Shown piece after piece: positions 1 through 9,127 of a DNA stretch of 64,000 nucleotides (its first letter is position 1; every line of letters starts with the position of its first letter). The stretch comes from a virus. The stretch lies in the IMG/VR virus record IMGVR_UViG_3300017963_000233, one strand, 5' to 3'. A model generated the notes under the pieces. It was not told the origin of the DNA. It saw nothing but the letters and a program-made list of their open reading frames with translations, and ran no database searches. The position numbers and the translations under genes were made by a program.

Positions 1-262
1 ACTTCCTTTCTTCAGGTGACGAATGTACTTGTTTTGATATATACCCCTTTTCTACGAGTTCATTGATTCTATTTATTACCGCTCTTTTTGATATTCCGAG
101 ATAGTCTGCAATGTAATTATGACTTGGGAAGCAAGTTCCATTTTTCTTTGATAATGACCCCAATAAACAGTAAATGTGTCTTGCAAAGTGTGATAAATCT
201 GAACATGTTTTGTTTATTTTTTTTGGAATTATTAATGCTCTAAATGTATCTTTTGGTTTCAT
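1..262 (-). CDS. winged-helix (HTH_36-like) replication-initiator-type protein, runs off window start
   Basis: Not in ORF track; hand translation MKPKDTFRALIIPKKINKTCSDLSHFARHIYCLLGSLSKKNGTCFPSHNYIADYLGISKRAVINRINELVEKGYI..., with the typical 'CFPS..YIA..LG.S.R.V...I.EL...GYI' pattern. Confidence 0.7.
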   Translation of the reverse strand, partial: MKPKDTFRALIIPKKINKTCSDLSHFARHIYCLLGSLSKKNGTCFPSHNYIADYLGISKRAVINRINELVEKGYISKQVHSSPEERK

Positions 263-274
263 ATCCCGCACCTC

Positions 275-577
275 TTATCTTGGTTCAAAATCAATCAATG
301 GTTTGTCCAAAAACCTGTAATGATGCATTCCCTCCAATCTTTCCATATATTTATTTTTTAACAAACTCCTTATTGCATTTGTAACCAATTTTTCAGGTAT
401 GTTCAGTTCTTCCAAAATATAATCCATATCAATCTGGATTGTATCATCATCGTTTGAATAACGACCTAAATAGCTGTAAATGAAACGGGTGGGTAAATCC
501 AAGTCTGAACAAGTATGGTGGATGTCGTCGGGTATCCAAGTAAAACGAAACAATCCACATACCCTCATTGCTTCCAT
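275..577 (-). CDS. winged-helix protein, paralogue of the 1-262 gene
   Basis: GAGGAG RBS; shares IP..I..TCSDL....R.IY..LG with 1-262; ends in 'NAIRSLLKNKYM' HTH-like helix. Confidence 0.6.
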   Translation of the reverse strand: MEAMRVCGLFRFTWIPDDIHHTCSDLDLPTRFIYSYLGRYSNDDDTIQIDMDYILEELNIPEKLVTNAIRSLLKNKYMERLEGMHHYRFLDKPLIDFEPR

Positions 578-631
578 GTCTCACTCTCCTCTCAAGTAAA
601 AATTGAACCAAATTCTAACATAGATGTCAAT

Positions 632-796
632 CTAAAATTTCAAGCTCAACATGAGTTCTTTTTCTTCATCATCGATACAACTGTCTTTTTCAGATTCTTG
701 TTCTTTTTTCTCATTCGACATCTCCTTTAAAATTTCTGAAGTTCTTTCGATTAAGAATTCTGTGATTTTCTCCTTTTCAGATTTTTGTTTTTTCAC
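632..796 (-). CDS. small charged hypothetical protein
   Basis: GTG-started 54-aa E/K-rich frame filling the gap between flanking minus-strand genes. Confidence 0.35.
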   Translation of the reverse strand: MKKQKSEKEKITEFLIERTSEILKEMSNEKKEQESEKDSCIDDEEKELMLSLKF

Positions 797-803
797 TCAA
801 GCA

Positions 804-1052
804 TTACCTTTCGTTTTTGGTATGTCCTTTTTGCTCCAACTTATCCGCGCATTCTCTTACCGCTTGATTGATTAAACATTCAAGAATATTATCCACCCTT
901 TCCGCATTCGATATGTAAGATTCATAACGGGATCCTCCAAATTCAAAAACGGTAAGAAAGAATCCCATTCTTTTGTTGTACAACTCTCCCAAAGCCCGAT
1001 CAATGTTTCTGGCCAAAATTTCAAGTTTTGGCCTCAATTCCGTAGTCATCAA
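804..1052 (-). CDS. hypothetical protein
   Basis: 82-aa ORF, ATGA overlap with primase stop. Confidence 0.6.
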   Translation of the reverse strand: MMTTELRPKLEILARNIDRALGELYNKRMGFFLTVFEFGGSRYESYISNAERVDNILECLINQAVRECADKLEQKGHTKNER

Positions 1053-1981
1053 TATTTCCTTCCAAAAATTTCTCGTCTAAAATTTCTGACGGTTGTTTCG
1101 TCAAGGTCTCCTGGGTCCCCCTCATCGATCTCGATGAATCTGACATCAGGAACGATAGTCGATAGAGAATAAGCGAGTTCACTCCAAATGAGCTTCTCTT
1201 TGTTCCCAAAATCTGGCCATACAAACACTTGTTTGCATTGTTTCAATAATATCAATCTTTTAGAATTCCATACAAGTGATCCCATTGCTACGAAATGATC
1301 CCCCATCCGCCACACATCCGTAGGTCCCTCAACGATAACTGCAATATCTCGTATGGTTTGGATATTGTAAAGGATGTGATCGACATTGATGATCGCCGTA
1401 TCCTTTGGACAAGTCCGATACCGCTCTCTATCACTGTCGGTTATATCCCTTGCCGTATATGTGACGATCTGATTGCCATAGAAGTATGGAATGAGAATTC
1501 TATTCGCAAATCCTCTGCTTGATATCGGACCTACGGCTTTGATCCCATATTTTTGTTGAATAAGGACTGGATCGAAATCCCGATTTATGAGATAGTCTTT
1601 GTGGTGATCTGTTAATTCATCGGATGTGCCAAGAGGCAAATGGAATTCATGTTTCTCTTTTGGTGTATCGTGACGCCGTTCAAGCTGACCCCGTTTTGAG
1701 AACGTATTGATAACGGATACAGCATCGTCATAGGAAAGGTGCTGGAGCTTCATGACCAGCTTTATTATGGAACCTCCCATCCCGCATCTCCAGCACTTTA
1801 TCGATCTGGTCCATAAATTAATTCCGCAATGCTGGGAGGGATCTGGCGAAGCACAGAAAGGGCAAGATATACCTATCCAGTCCTTTGACTTTGATATATT
1901 CTTGCCCTCATGTACGTATGGGTATTGAATCGATTGGAGCCATTTTAAGACTTGAAAATGGGACAAGTTTATATCACTCAT
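1049..1981 (-). CDS. DNA primase (N-terminal Zn finger + TOPRIM)
   Basis: CPFC...HC...CWRC zinc motif; TOPRIM VIVEGPTD, WPD, DPGD; start placed at ATG 1981. Confidence 0.85.
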   Translation of the reverse strand: MSDINLSHFQVLKWLQSIQYPYVHEGKNISKSKDWIGISCPFCASPDPSQHCGINLWTRSIKCWRCGMGGSIIKLVMKLQHLSYDDAVSVINTFSKRGQLERRHDTPKEKHEFHLPLGTSDELTDHHKDYLINRDFDPVLIQQKYGIKAVGPISSRGFANRILIPYFYGNQIVTYTARDITDSDRERYRTCPKDTAIINVDHILYNIQTIRDIAVIVEGPTDVWRMGDHFVAMGSLVWNSKRLILLKQCKQVFVWPDFGNKEKLIWSELAYSLSTIVPDVRFIEIDEGDPGDLDETTVRNFRREIFGRKY

Positions 1982-3587
1982 AAACGAATTCCCATCTCCT
2001 TTCAAGATACTCGCACATCCTCAATCCAAAATGTTCGATCAGGTATCTATTGCTTGGATTGAAAAAGTCGATGATTTTAAAGTGCGATTTCCCCTCCGCC
2101 ATCCTGTGACCTCTCCCTATTTCTTGCAATACCTTTTGTGCTTCTTTCCCGCCTGCTGCAAGCACGACTGTATCAAGGTTGGGAATATCAACCCCCTCCC
2201 TCCACGTGCTTGTTGCAATCACACCGTTTATTTTCCTTTCGATAAGCCACTGCTTGTACTGATTCTGCTTTTTGGCGTTCTGCTGAAGATTCCTTGCAGC
2301 GGTTTTCCATTTATAGATTTCATCTTTTATTTGGGATAACCTGTCGAATTTTTGACTATCCCTTGCATTTTTCAATTCATGTTTCAATGCGGTTTCCAAT
2401 GTGTTGAGCTTGTTCTGGATCTCCCGTCCAACACTTGAATGCACTTTTTTGACAGTAAGATCAGGAGCCGTCTCAACGATGATATCATACAAGTTGAGCA
2501 TGTGGTCTACTGTGTTGACGAATATCAAAACAGTTTTCCCCTCATCCATCTCGTCTATTGCTGCATCTGCTACTGCCGCATTGTGCTCCTCTCCGTTCAC
2601 TACAGCTTGTTGATTTGTCTGCTGCCAGTTCAGATTTTTCAGTCTTTGATTGCGCTCCTCTTTTATTATCCTTACCTTGGCTGTTGCAATCAGATCGAGT
2701 TCCTCAGCCTTTTGCGGGGAAATCTCCGACATTACAGGACCGATGTAAGATTCAACCGACAGTACCTGCTCTTTTTTATCTTCATCTGGGTAAGTGCCAG
2801 TGAATCCAAATCTCCAAGGCGTCTGAATGTGGGAAAGGATTTCAGCGTATTGCCCTTTAAAAGAGCTAACGTGATGCACTTCATCTACAATCACCATATC
2901 GAATTCTTTTTGATGCAATTCACCCTTTTTGATCATATTGGAAATCGATTGTTTTGTGGCGATTGTTATTCTGCCTTTTTTGCTTGGCTTTGAAAGACCG
3001 TGTATCTTGACGACATTTTCAAACTCCTCATTGAACCGATCAAATGTTTGATCGACAATCGCCTTCTTATCGACCATGATCAGGACTCTATGTTTGGGAA
3101 AGCAAGAAACCATACCCATCATCACGACTGTTTTGCCATAAGCCGTAGGCGCCACACAGCACCCTCTTTTCGCTTCGATCAAATCATGGATGATCTTTAT
3201 TTGATCATCCCTCAACGTAAGCCCCTTGACTTTTGGCTCCGCAACGATCTCTTTATCCAGATGCTGAAAAGGTATATTCTCATTTAGGATGTTAAGTTTG
3301 ATATCACCTTCCCCGCACGATCTTTTGATTCTTGGCAGCAATCCTGTATAGAATCGCCACACATCCCCTTTCTTATGGGAAAAGGCCGATGCTGTAGTTA
3401 CCATTCTTTGTTTTCCAAACGGCCCTTGTTTGTACCACACATAAGGGAATTCCAATTCATGTTGGAACCATATCGCATCTTCAGCTTTTACCGCACACTC
3501 TACAGCATTGAGTACGGCAATGGTGGTTTCAGGTTCCACCATATCGATGATGTCATCATCTGGGTCTTTGTTTCGATTCAAGAACAT
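1974..3587 (-). CDS. superfamily 2 helicase (UvsW/DEAH-like)
   Basis: Walker A APTAYGKT, DEVH, GFTGT, TWREGVDIP, QEIGRGHR; RBS GGGAGG before ATG 3587. Confidence 0.9.
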   Translation of the reverse strand: MFLNRNKDPDDDIIDMVEPETTIAVLNAVECAVKAEDAIWFQHELEFPYVWYKQGPFGKQRMVTTASAFSHKKGDVWRFYTGLLPRIKRSCGEGDIKLNILNENIPFQHLDKEIVAEPKVKGLTLRDDQIKIIHDLIEAKRGCCVAPTAYGKTVVMMGMVSCFPKHRVLIMVDKKAIVDQTFDRFNEEFENVVKIHGLSKPSKKGRITIATKQSISNMIKKGELHQKEFDMVIVDEVHHVSSFKGQYAEILSHIQTPWRFGFTGTYPDEDKKEQVLSVESYIGPVMSEISPQKAEELDLIATAKVRIIKEERNQRLKNLNWQQTNQQAVVNGEEHNAAVADAAIDEMDEGKTVLIFVNTVDHMLNLYDIIVETAPDLTVKKVHSSVGREIQNKLNTLETALKHELKNARDSQKFDRLSQIKDEIYKWKTAARNLQQNAKKQNQYKQWLIERKINGVIATSTWREGVDIPNLDTVVLAAGGKEAQKVLQEIGRGHRMAEGKSHFKIIDFFNPSNRYLIEHFGLRMCEYLERRWEFVYE

Positions 3588-3922
3588 AACACCTCCCTTA
3601 TCGTTTCGAATGCGCTCCTTATTGTTGAATGCTTCCAACGTATGGGATCAACTTCCCGCAGGAATTCCGACAATTTTCCGAGGGTCAGCTTTTTGCTGTT
3701 CTTCATCTGGAGTCTTTTCGATAATTTCTCAGGTGGATTCATTATCAACTCCACCACATCAATCGCGTCTTTTGACAAAGACCTGATGCTTTGCACCAAA
3801 AGGACCCAGTTTTCTTCCGATTCGACATAAGGCAAAAAGTGTTGATCCTGATCATCGATGTGGACATACGTTGAAGGATCCATTAACATTGCTGCTCTTT
3901 CAAGTAAATCCATATCATTCAT
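3578..3922 (-). CDS. hypothetical protein, possibly sigma-factor-like C-terminal HTH
   Basis: 114 aa, coupled to neighbours; 'SLSKDAIDVVELI...RW....IRSAFETIREVL' recalls C-termini of phage sigma-like proteins (weak, from memory). Confidence 0.5.
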   Translation of the reverse strand: MNDMDLLERAAMLMDPSTYVHIDDQDQHFLPYVESEENWVLLVQSIRSLSKDAIDVVELIMNPPEKLSKRLQMKNSKKLTLGKLSEFLREVDPIRWKHSTIRSAFETIREVLCS

Positions 3923-4287
3923 GGTTGTACCTCTACTCGTTTCACGTATCCGTGCTCCATGGATAAATTTCTACCTCTTGTCAATTCCCGTACTTCCTTG
4001 GACTGATGGCAAGTGAAAGATCTGCATTTTTGAGGTACGAATTTTGGACTTTTTTTCAACAGCCCTTGCCGTGCGAGGCAAAGAAGAACGGGCACCCTTT
4101 CTTGGAAATGATGGCAATAGAAATATTTCGCTACGACAATTTCCAAGCAAGCTGGATGGTTGCTTGCGACTCGATCATTCGCCTTTGGGCAAAATCTCAA
4201 AGTGACTGGTTTGTTTTTTGAATCCATTTGAGATGTTATCAACTTTGGATTCGCCTCTTGCCATCTTTTGCAATAGAGACATTTCAT
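3919..4287 (-). CDS. Cys-rich hypothetical protein
   Basis: CxxC at N-terminus plus further Cys/His; ATGA overlap upstream. Confidence 0.65.
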   Translation of the reverse strand: MKCLYCKRWQEANPKLITSQMDSKNKPVTLRFCPKANDRVASNHPACLEIVVAKYFYCHHFQERVPVLLCLARQGLLKKSPKFVPQKCRSFTCHQSKEVRELTRGRNLSMEHGYVKRVEVQP

Positions 4288-4448
4288 ACTTCCACAACCC
4301 CCTTCTCCTCATCATCTTGTTTCATAATTGATTGCACTCTGAAATGCTCATTGACATAATTCGATACGGATCTACCGTTATCCGCAGATTGTCTTTTGAG
4401 GTAAATTATGATTTCCTCATCGAGACTCAGAGACAGGATTTGTTTCAC
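4284..4448 (-). CDS. ribbon-helix-helix (CopG/Arc-like) DNA-binding protein
   Basis: Not in ORF track; GTG start after AAAGGAGGTG; MKQILSLSLDEEIIIYLKRQSADNGRSVSNYVNEHF..., alternating beta-strand then 'GRSVSNYV' RHH turn. Confidence 0.7.
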   Translation of the reverse strand: MKQILSLSLDEEIIIYLKRQSADNGRSVSNYVNEHFRVQSIMKQDDEEKGVVEV

Positions 4449-4471
4449 GGCAATCACCTCCTTTCACTTCA

Positions 4472-4500
4472 CTATTAATATTTCATAAGATTTTTGTCAA
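4472..4500 (-). promoter_or_regulatory. possible sigma70-type promoter for the RHH/replication operon
   Basis: TTGACA at 4500-4495 followed by AT-rich TATTAATAG; -10 spacing not canonical. Confidence 0.4.
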
Positions 4501-4741
4501 GCAAAATATCATTCCTTATTGTTTTTAAAATATCGATAATATAAGTTCTTGCAATGCGGCTATCCGCACCGTCAATGACTTCCAATTTTTCATCGATGTA
4601 GGATATGGTATTTGATATGCGCCTTAACGCATCCACATTCCTTTGATGGAAACTTTCTTCGCTCTTATCTTGCAACAAGGCTTTGATTGTACCAAGGTGA
4701 TAATTTGTCACCTTCAATTGATCCACTATCTCTTTCATCAT
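4475..4741 (-). CDS. hypothetical protein
   Basis: GGAGAGGAG RBS before ATG 4741; helical. Confidence 0.6.
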   Translation of the reverse strand: MMKEIVDQLKVTNYHLGTIKALLQDKSEESFHQRNVDALRRISNTISYIDEKLEVIDGADSRIARTYIIDILKTIRNDILLDKNLMKY

Positions 4742-4742
4742 T

Positions 4743-4928
4743 TCACTCCTCTCCATAAAAGAATTCAAGAGCTATTTCCCATACGGGATGGGTTTCATCG
4801 TCAATCCATTCCTCACTTGCAAAATGCCACGCAGTAAGTTCCGCAAGCTCTGTTGCGGTTTCTGGTGGATCTTCGCTTTCCATGATCATGATCATTCGCT
4901 TTTTGATTTCTGGATTGGTAATTTTCAT
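4743..4928 (-). CDS. small acidic hypothetical protein
   Basis: 61 aa, abuts neighbours, GAGGG RBS. Confidence 0.6.
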   Translation of the reverse strand: MKITNPEIKKRMIMIMESEDPPETATELAELTAWHFASEEWIDDETHPVWEIALEFFYGEE

Positions 4929-5306
4929 TCATTCTCCCTCAATTATGCTTTTGCTTATGTTTGCATTCCTGCCCATCAGCCTACGGCACTCAGGGCACCT
5001 CAACCAAAGATCCCAGAAGTTGTACCGCAGATCTACATTTATCCAGAAGTATTGCGGATACAATTTTTCCAACTGTTTCAACGTGTTTTGAGGATCTTCG
5101 ATTGGGGATTTGTGAATATTAAAATTTCTCGCCAGAATATCATGCCTCTCCACAATCGACCACATCTGTATTTGTGGAAAGGTTCGATACCTGCCATCTA
5201 CCTTTACTCCAGACAACAAAGAAGGCAAGTGTTTATGGATTTCATAATGCTCTCCCATTTTATGTCCGAGACACATTATGTCCATCGGCAGCATCCACAT
5301 TCTCAT
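4929..5306 (-). CDS. pyrimidine-dimer DNA glycosylase (DenV/endonuclease V)-like protein
   Basis: N-terminus MRMWM....MC..H..GEH.EIH, later 'RHD.LA' and C-terminal L..RCPECR match the phage DenV-like family as I recall it. Confidence 0.6.
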   Translation of the reverse strand: MRMWMLPMDIMCLGHKMGEHYEIHKHLPSLLSGVKVDGRYRTFPQIQMWSIVERHDILARNFNIHKSPIEDPQNTLKQLEKLYPQYFWINVDLRYNFWDLWLRCPECRRLMGRNANISKSIIEGE

Positions 5307-5545
5307 TGCTTTTCCTCTACTCCTTTCTCCTTATACCACTTCTCGAATGCAGTGGTATAGAGATTGCATTTTTGCCCATTCCTCATGAAATAATCCCCAT
5401 CCTCATCTTGGAAGGAATGGATTATTCCATGATATTCATGTGCCGCTTTCACTTTCCGATCCGCAACACCGCAAACTCCTTCCATAGCTTGAGGGTCTGA
5501 AAATGGTAAAGTTATTAGAATATATATTAGTAATATATATTCCAT
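5303..5545 (-). CDS. hypothetical protein with hydrophobic N-terminus
   Basis: 80 aa, overlaps next start; MEYILLIYILITLPF. Confidence 0.55.
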   Translation of the reverse strand: MEYILLIYILITLPFSDPQAMEGVCGVADRKVKAAHEYHGIIHSFQDEDGDYFMRNGQKCNLYTTAFEKWYKEKGVEEKQ

Positions 5546-5547
5546 TA

Positions 5548-5898
5548 TTATTTTCTCACCTCCTTTCCGTTGCTGTCAGAGACTCGAACTCCCATACATC
5601 GCAGCCAATTTTTTGCCCATAGGAAGGCCCATTTATTATCGGCTCCAATGCTCAATTGATCTTTAGGATTCCACCAATAGTCCCGGACCTCTGCAATACC
5701 CCTTGGGGTATCTATTGTCCATATCGCATGAACTTTACCCGCACCATCGACCCCATCCTCAGAAAAATCCTGAACATGAGGATCACCAAACTTACGGCCC
5801 ATTGCCTCAAGTGTCAGAAATGCTGTCCCGAATCGTCCACTTTTGGCTGGCGTGTACTCGCTTGCCAGACATACATTGTTGATGAATGGTCTATACAT
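5548..5898 (-). CDS. hypothetical protein
   Basis: AAAGGAGGTG RBS before ATG 5898. Confidence 0.65.
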   Translation of the reverse strand: MYRPFINNVCLASEYTPAKSGRFGTAFLTLEAMGRKFGDPHVQDFSEDGVDGAGKVHAIWTIDTPRGIAEVRDYWWNPKDQLSIGADNKWAFLWAKNWLRCMGVRVSDSNGKEVRK

Positions 5899-5961
5899 TT
5901 TCTCACCTCCTTTCTGATAGATTTCTAAGTGCCATAAAAGTTTATGGCACTTCAAAATATA

Positions 5962-6228
5962 TCAGATCAATTGTGTCGGGCCATTTATTTTAAGAGCCCA
6001 CATCGGAACCCAATCCTCATACAAATCCCCAAACTCATCCTCATAAGACACAGCGAATTTTGTGTTCTCATCAGGCCATCCTTCTGTAATCAATCTGTCG
6101 ATCACATGAGGAGCATAGATTGTCCCTGTATAACCATCTTCAGTCAATACGGGAATCACATATAGCCCCATCATACGATCTCCATCGGAAGCTACTTTAA
6201 CAGCTTCCAGAAGCTCTATAGCGTCCAT
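5962..6228 (-). CDS. acidic hypothetical protein
   Basis: AAAGGAG RBS, 88 aa. Confidence 0.65.
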   Translation of the reverse strand: MDAIELLEAVKVASDGDRMMGLYVIPVLTEDGYTGTIYAPHVIDRLITEGWPDENTKFAVSYEDEFGDLYEDWVPMWALKINGPTQLI

Positions 6229-6248
6229 ATATGTCTCCTTTCAAAATT

Positions 6249-6467
6249 CTATCCCTCATACACTTCGAGGGATTCCCATGAAGGGGTTTCGTACCGATTT
6301 TCCTTTGATAGATGGTAGAACGTGTTCATGTAATGTCTATGCATCATCTCCCATCTATAGCACTCGTAGCAGAGTATCGCATTACCACCAGCGCCCGTCG
6401 GCAGCCTTCTAACCTCACCTTCTTTGCGACGGCATCTTGCGCCGTCGCAGTTTGGATTTATAACCAT
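6249..6467 (-). CDS. hypothetical protein (CxxxxC...CxxC)
   Basis: AGGTGA RBS, 72 aa. Confidence 0.6.
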   Translation of the reverse strand: MVINPNCDGARCRRKEGEVRRLPTGAGGNAILCYECYRWEMMHRHYMNTFYHLSKENRYETPSWESLEVYEG

Positions 6468-6480
6468 TTATTATCACCTC

Positions 6481-6690
6481 CTATCCAATATCCATAAATA
6501 CTTTGCGAGTGGGTTTATAATTGTCATAAAGCACTTTGCACAACAAAGTACCATCATCCAATACAAACTCAATCACCATGTCCGTTGATGGTACTTTGTT
6601 CACTTTGTTCACTTTGCCTTTCCACCCTTTTCGCCTCAACCACTGACTGAAATCACAATCCGATATTTTGACTTCATACAGGGTTTTCAT
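6481..6690 (-). CDS. hypothetical protein
   Basis: GAGGAG RBS, 69 aa. Confidence 0.6.
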   Translation of the reverse strand: MKTLYEVKISDCDFSQWLRRKGWKGKVNKVNKVPSTDMVIEFVLDDGTLLCKVLYDNYKPTRKVFMDIG

Positions 6691-6696
6691 TTCTCC

Positions 6697-6888
6697 TCAC
6701 CTCCCTTTGATTCTGTGATAACTGGTTACTGCATCGGACAAAAAAGCAAACGGCTGGAAAGAATGTGTTTTCAGCCATTCGACATAATCTGCCCAAAAGT
6801 CATAAGTTCCATACTCATCGATCTGTTCTACCATTTGTTTTCTCTGACCATTCAGTAATGATTCATGAATGGATTTGATATTTTTCAT
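6697..6888 (-). CDS. hypothetical protein
   Basis: AAGGAGG RBS, 63 aa, overlap with upstream stop. Confidence 0.6.
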   Translation of the reverse strand: MKNIKSIHESLLNGQRKQMVEQIDEYGTYDFWADYVEWLKTHSFQPFAFLSDAVTSYHRIKGR

Positions 6889-7166
6889 ATCTCCTCCTTT
6901 ATTATATTCTCAAAAGGCAATTGCCCGCATGGTTCCCATTCTCCAAGCGAATCCAATAACTTCTTTTTGCACTCCCAGCATGTTGACGGCTCTGCTTTAT
7001 TTTTGCCACAAATTCTGCACATTTTCACCTCCTTTCGCTTGTACTCCTCACCATTTAAGCATCTATAATTGCAATTTTTCTCACAATAACGTGCCCGTTC
7101 TTTTTGTGGATTATTTGCATCCACGAAATATGTATGAATAATGCAATCCTGTTTGACCTCTTTCAT
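6885..7166 (-). CDS. Cys-rich hypothetical protein
   Basis: AAAGGAGGTG RBS before ATG 7166; several CxxC-type pairs. Confidence 0.55.
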   Translation of the reverse strand: MKEVKQDCIIHTYFVDANNPQKERARYCEKNCNYRCLNGEEYKRKEVKMCRICGKNKAEPSTCWECKKKLLDSLGEWEPCGQLPFENIIKEEI

Positions 7167-7231
7167 ATTCCACCTCCTTTCAATCAGAATTTCTCGACAC
7201 CACAAGAAATTTCTCATGGTGTCTGAAAATG

Positions 7232-7942
7232 CTAATTGATATGTCTCATCGGCTGGCCGTTATGGTCTATAGGTCTGCTGATGGGAATCTTTTGCCCGTC
7301 ATTCATTCCGACATTGAAAGCGTGCCTGTCAACCTTCTGCGGTCCCTTTCTTTGTTTTCGATTCGGAAATGCCTCATTCATCGCCTTTTCAGCAAGATCT
7401 TTTTTGAAAATGACAAGGTCCTTTGTTTCCACATTTGACTTCAGTATTTCCTCCTTTCTCTTGTACATGTCCCTCAACCTTGTATTAATCGTAGTCATAA
7501 CGCCGCTTGCGTAAAAATACGATTGTTTCTTATTCATTTTCTCAGACCTTTGCTTGTTCATGATCCTCATTCTCAGATACCTGAAGAAATGAGCGATCAT
7601 CTCCAGGTCCTGCTCCGTTCCAAAAACTACAAATTGACGTTTTAGAGAATACTCCGCGTAGGACCTTACAGTTGAACATTCAAAGACACCGCATAAGGTA
7701 ACAAGCACCATCCCCTCCCACGTATAGTTGCCCTCAACATACTCATCGAACAAGGCCTTATTGACGATATCCATGATAGTGCCGTCTTTCTTTTTCTTTG
7801 CAATGACATCCATCATGGACATATCGTGAAGTGCGAGCAGTTCAGCGGCTTTTTGTTTTGCAAGTTCAGCCTCATGTGGGTTTGGAGATTCTCCCAACGC
7901 CATCAGTTTTTGGACCTTTGCAATGATTTCCTCTTTTGACAT
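7232..7942 (-). CDS. DUF2786-domain protein
   Basis: EEIIAKVQKLMALGESPNPHEAELAKQKAAELL is the characteristic DUF2786 N-terminal motif. Confidence 0.8.
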   Translation of the reverse strand: MSKEEIIAKVQKLMALGESPNPHEAELAKQKAAELLALHDMSMMDVIAKKKKDGTIMDIVNKALFDEYVEGNYTWEGMVLVTLCGVFECSTVRSYAEYSLKRQFVVFGTEQDLEMIAHFFRYLRMRIMNKQRSEKMNKKQSYFYASGVMTTINTRLRDMYKRKEEILKSNVETKDLVIFKKDLAEKAMNEAFPNRKQRKGPQKVDRHAFNVGMNDGQKIPISRPIDHNGQPMRHIN

Positions 7943-8030
7943 GATTTTCTCCTTTCACAAATAGTTTTGAGGATAACCCTCCCACATGGCACAAGAATTT
8001 CTCATGCCATGGTGGAGAATTACACTCATG

Positions 8031-8246
8031 TCACCTCATCACGGGAAACGACACGTCCCTCACATAATCATTTCCCTCATTTGTTATGATCTGCACAAAA
8101 TGATCCACATCCTGTGCAGGACATAAAAATCTCCCACTCCCACACCTCACAAGCAAAAGCTCCAATCTATTTTCCTTTATAATGTGCGGAAGATCATCCT
8201 TTGCGATAAAACCAAAATTCTTTCTCCTCAATTCTTTAATCGTCAT
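8031..8246 (-). CDS. hypothetical protein
   Basis: AAAGGAGGG RBS before ATG 8246. Confidence 0.6.
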   Translation of the reverse strand: MTIKELRRKNFGFIAKDDLPHIIKENRLELLLVRCGSGRFLCPAQDVDHFVQIITNEGNDYVRDVSFPVMR

Positions 8247-8257
8247 TATCCCTCCTT

Positions 8258-8725
8258 TCAGATAGACTCCACATCGTTTTGATATTCGCAAAAAAGATTT
8301 GTCATATACCGTTTAAACATTGAACACATGATACGGTGACAATACCTAACCATTGGTGAACAACCAGAAACGTCGAGTCTGGCCCAATGCGCGAATAGTT
8401 GAGCCACAAGTCGGTCGTCGGCTTTCACGTAAAATGAACTGCATTTAAGTGGCCACGCGGAAAAATCAAGATCCGCCCATCGGAGATTCGCCCCTCGGAG
8501 ATCCGCCCCTCGGAGATTCGCCCCTCGGAGATCCGCCTCTCGGAGATTCGCCCATCGGAGATCCGCCTCTTGGAGATCCGCCCATCGGAGATTCGCCCAT
8601 CGGAGATTCGCCCCTCGGAGATTCGCCTCTGCATCGATTGCAATTTCCACAGCGACTTTTAACGATTCCGCCTCGGCCTCGAAAATTATGTTTCTGGTAT
8701 AACGATTTTTAATCTCAAATTTCAC
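8258..8725 (-). CDS. pentapeptide-repeat protein
   Basis: GAGGAGG RBS before GTG 8725; 11 A(N/D)Lxx repeats; N-terminus KFEIKNRYT. Confidence 0.9.
   Translation of the reverse strand: MKFEIKNRYTRNIIFEAEAESLKVAVEIAIDAEANLRGANLRWANLRWADLQEADLRWANLREADLRGANLRGADLRGANLRWADLDFSAWPLKCSSFYVKADDRLVAQLFAHWARLDVSGCSPMVRYCHRIMCSMFKRYMTNLFCEYQNDVESI
8469..8630. repeat. 15-bp tandem repeat encoding the pentapeptides
   Basis: about 11 units of AGAT(T/C)CGCC(C/T)(A/C)TCGG. Confidence 0.9.
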
Positions 8726-8735
8726 ATTGACCTCC

Positions 8736-9044
8736 TCATTGCATTGTGCCGTTGAAGCTCTTGAGGAAGCTGATTGTGTTGTCTGGTAAAGGTTCAATAT
8801 ATTCGATGATTATGCTTTTCCCGCTATCATCGACTACCCTTTTCCTGAACAACGCACTCCCTTCCTCACTGTCGATGGTGATTGTCAAGTCCCACTCATC
8901 ATTTTCACTGACAATGACTTTGTTAATGTTGTACCTGTTCCCATCAATCTCCTCTTTGATGAGTTCAGATATGGAATTTGGATCAACTACTTCCATATCC
9001 GTCTCGATTTCCACATTAATCGAATACACAATTTTTCTCCTCAT
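8736..9044 (-). CDS. acidic hypothetical protein
   Basis: AAAGGAGAG RBS before ATG 9044. Confidence 0.65.
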   Translation of the reverse strand: MRRKIVYSINVEIETDMEVVDPNSISELIKEEIDGNRYNINKVIVSENDEWDLTITIDSEEGSALFRKRVVDDSGKSIIIEYIEPLPDNTISFLKSFNGTMQ

Positions 9045-9127
9045 ACACTCTCCTTTCACTTTTGGATTTGATTGCTTAAGCGATCAAGGATTGAGGTGAG
9101 AAATTTCTCACCTCGCACCTTCATAGC

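Noticed and set aside
1065-1092. AATTTCT motif copies at the primase 3' end
   Set aside because: Inside coding sequence (RNFRREIF), no hairpin; likely chance
8425-8712. ORFs 8425-8643 (-) and 8449-8712 (+) with repetitive peptides
   Set aside because: Alternative frames of the 15-bp pentapeptide repeat; no RBS
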